From a virus (Duplodnaviria > Caudoviricetes), in the IMG/VR virus record IMGVR_UViG_3300017705_000568, positions 1 through 34,819 of that record: 34,819 nt of DNA; one strand, given 5' to 3'. Under the pieces are notes generated by a model. The model did not search any database, had not been told where the DNA came from, and saw only the letters and a list, made by a program, of their open reading frames with translations. Numbering within the stretch: position 1 is the stretch's first letter; every line of letters starts with the position of its first letter. The position numbers were made by a program, and so were the translations under genes. Positions 34,810-34,819 of this stretch are shown piece after piece.

Positions 34810-34819
34810 ATGGAAAACA
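34810..34819 (+). CDS. Start of next early gene (partial, MEN...)
   Basis: ATG GAA AAC immediately after the promoter; runs off the window. Confidence 0.45.

Noticed and set aside
1-34819. Stop-codon recoding, introns, inteins or tRNAs
   Set aside because: Conserved genes are full length in the standard code, all three stop codons end genes, no insertions are evident in terminase, helicase or primase, and I recognised no tRNA by eye (not a formal scan)

Overview
A very densely coded fragment of a large contractile-tailed (myovirus-type) dsDNA phage genome. The minus strand carries the virion genes: T4-like terminase and portal, a probable head core protein, a gp26/gp51-like tail-assembly pair, tape measure, tube initiator, gp53/LysM, hub, spike, PAAR, gp25, gp6/BaseplateJ and a >1164-aa P2-gpI/gp7-like wedge protein that runs off the left edge and is missing from the ORF track. 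Interleaved among them, mostly on the plus strand, are a TOPRIM primase, an SF2 (UvsW-like) helicase, a RecB/Cas4-like nuclease (minus strand), a glycosyltransferase, a Skp/OmpH-like protein, HSP20 and a dCMP deaminase. The right end has a 17-bp tandem repeat and two near-identical sigma70 promoters. The strongest sequence-level observations are: (1) a candidate -1 frameshift (T_TTT_TTC, 7-nt spacer, hairpin) fusing the gp26-like ORF to a gp51-like frame with no full-length start; (2) three divergent gene pairs whose start codons touch or overlap (CATATG, CATG, CATG) and a fourth separated by a symmetric 16-bp palindrome; (3) -10-like or late-promoter-like boxes 6-7 nt before many ATGs, suggesting leaderless mRNAs; (4) a 54-codon A/T-ending patch inside the primase; (5) a structured, SD-sequestering hsp20 leader. 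All protein calls come from motif recognition and gene order, not database searches.
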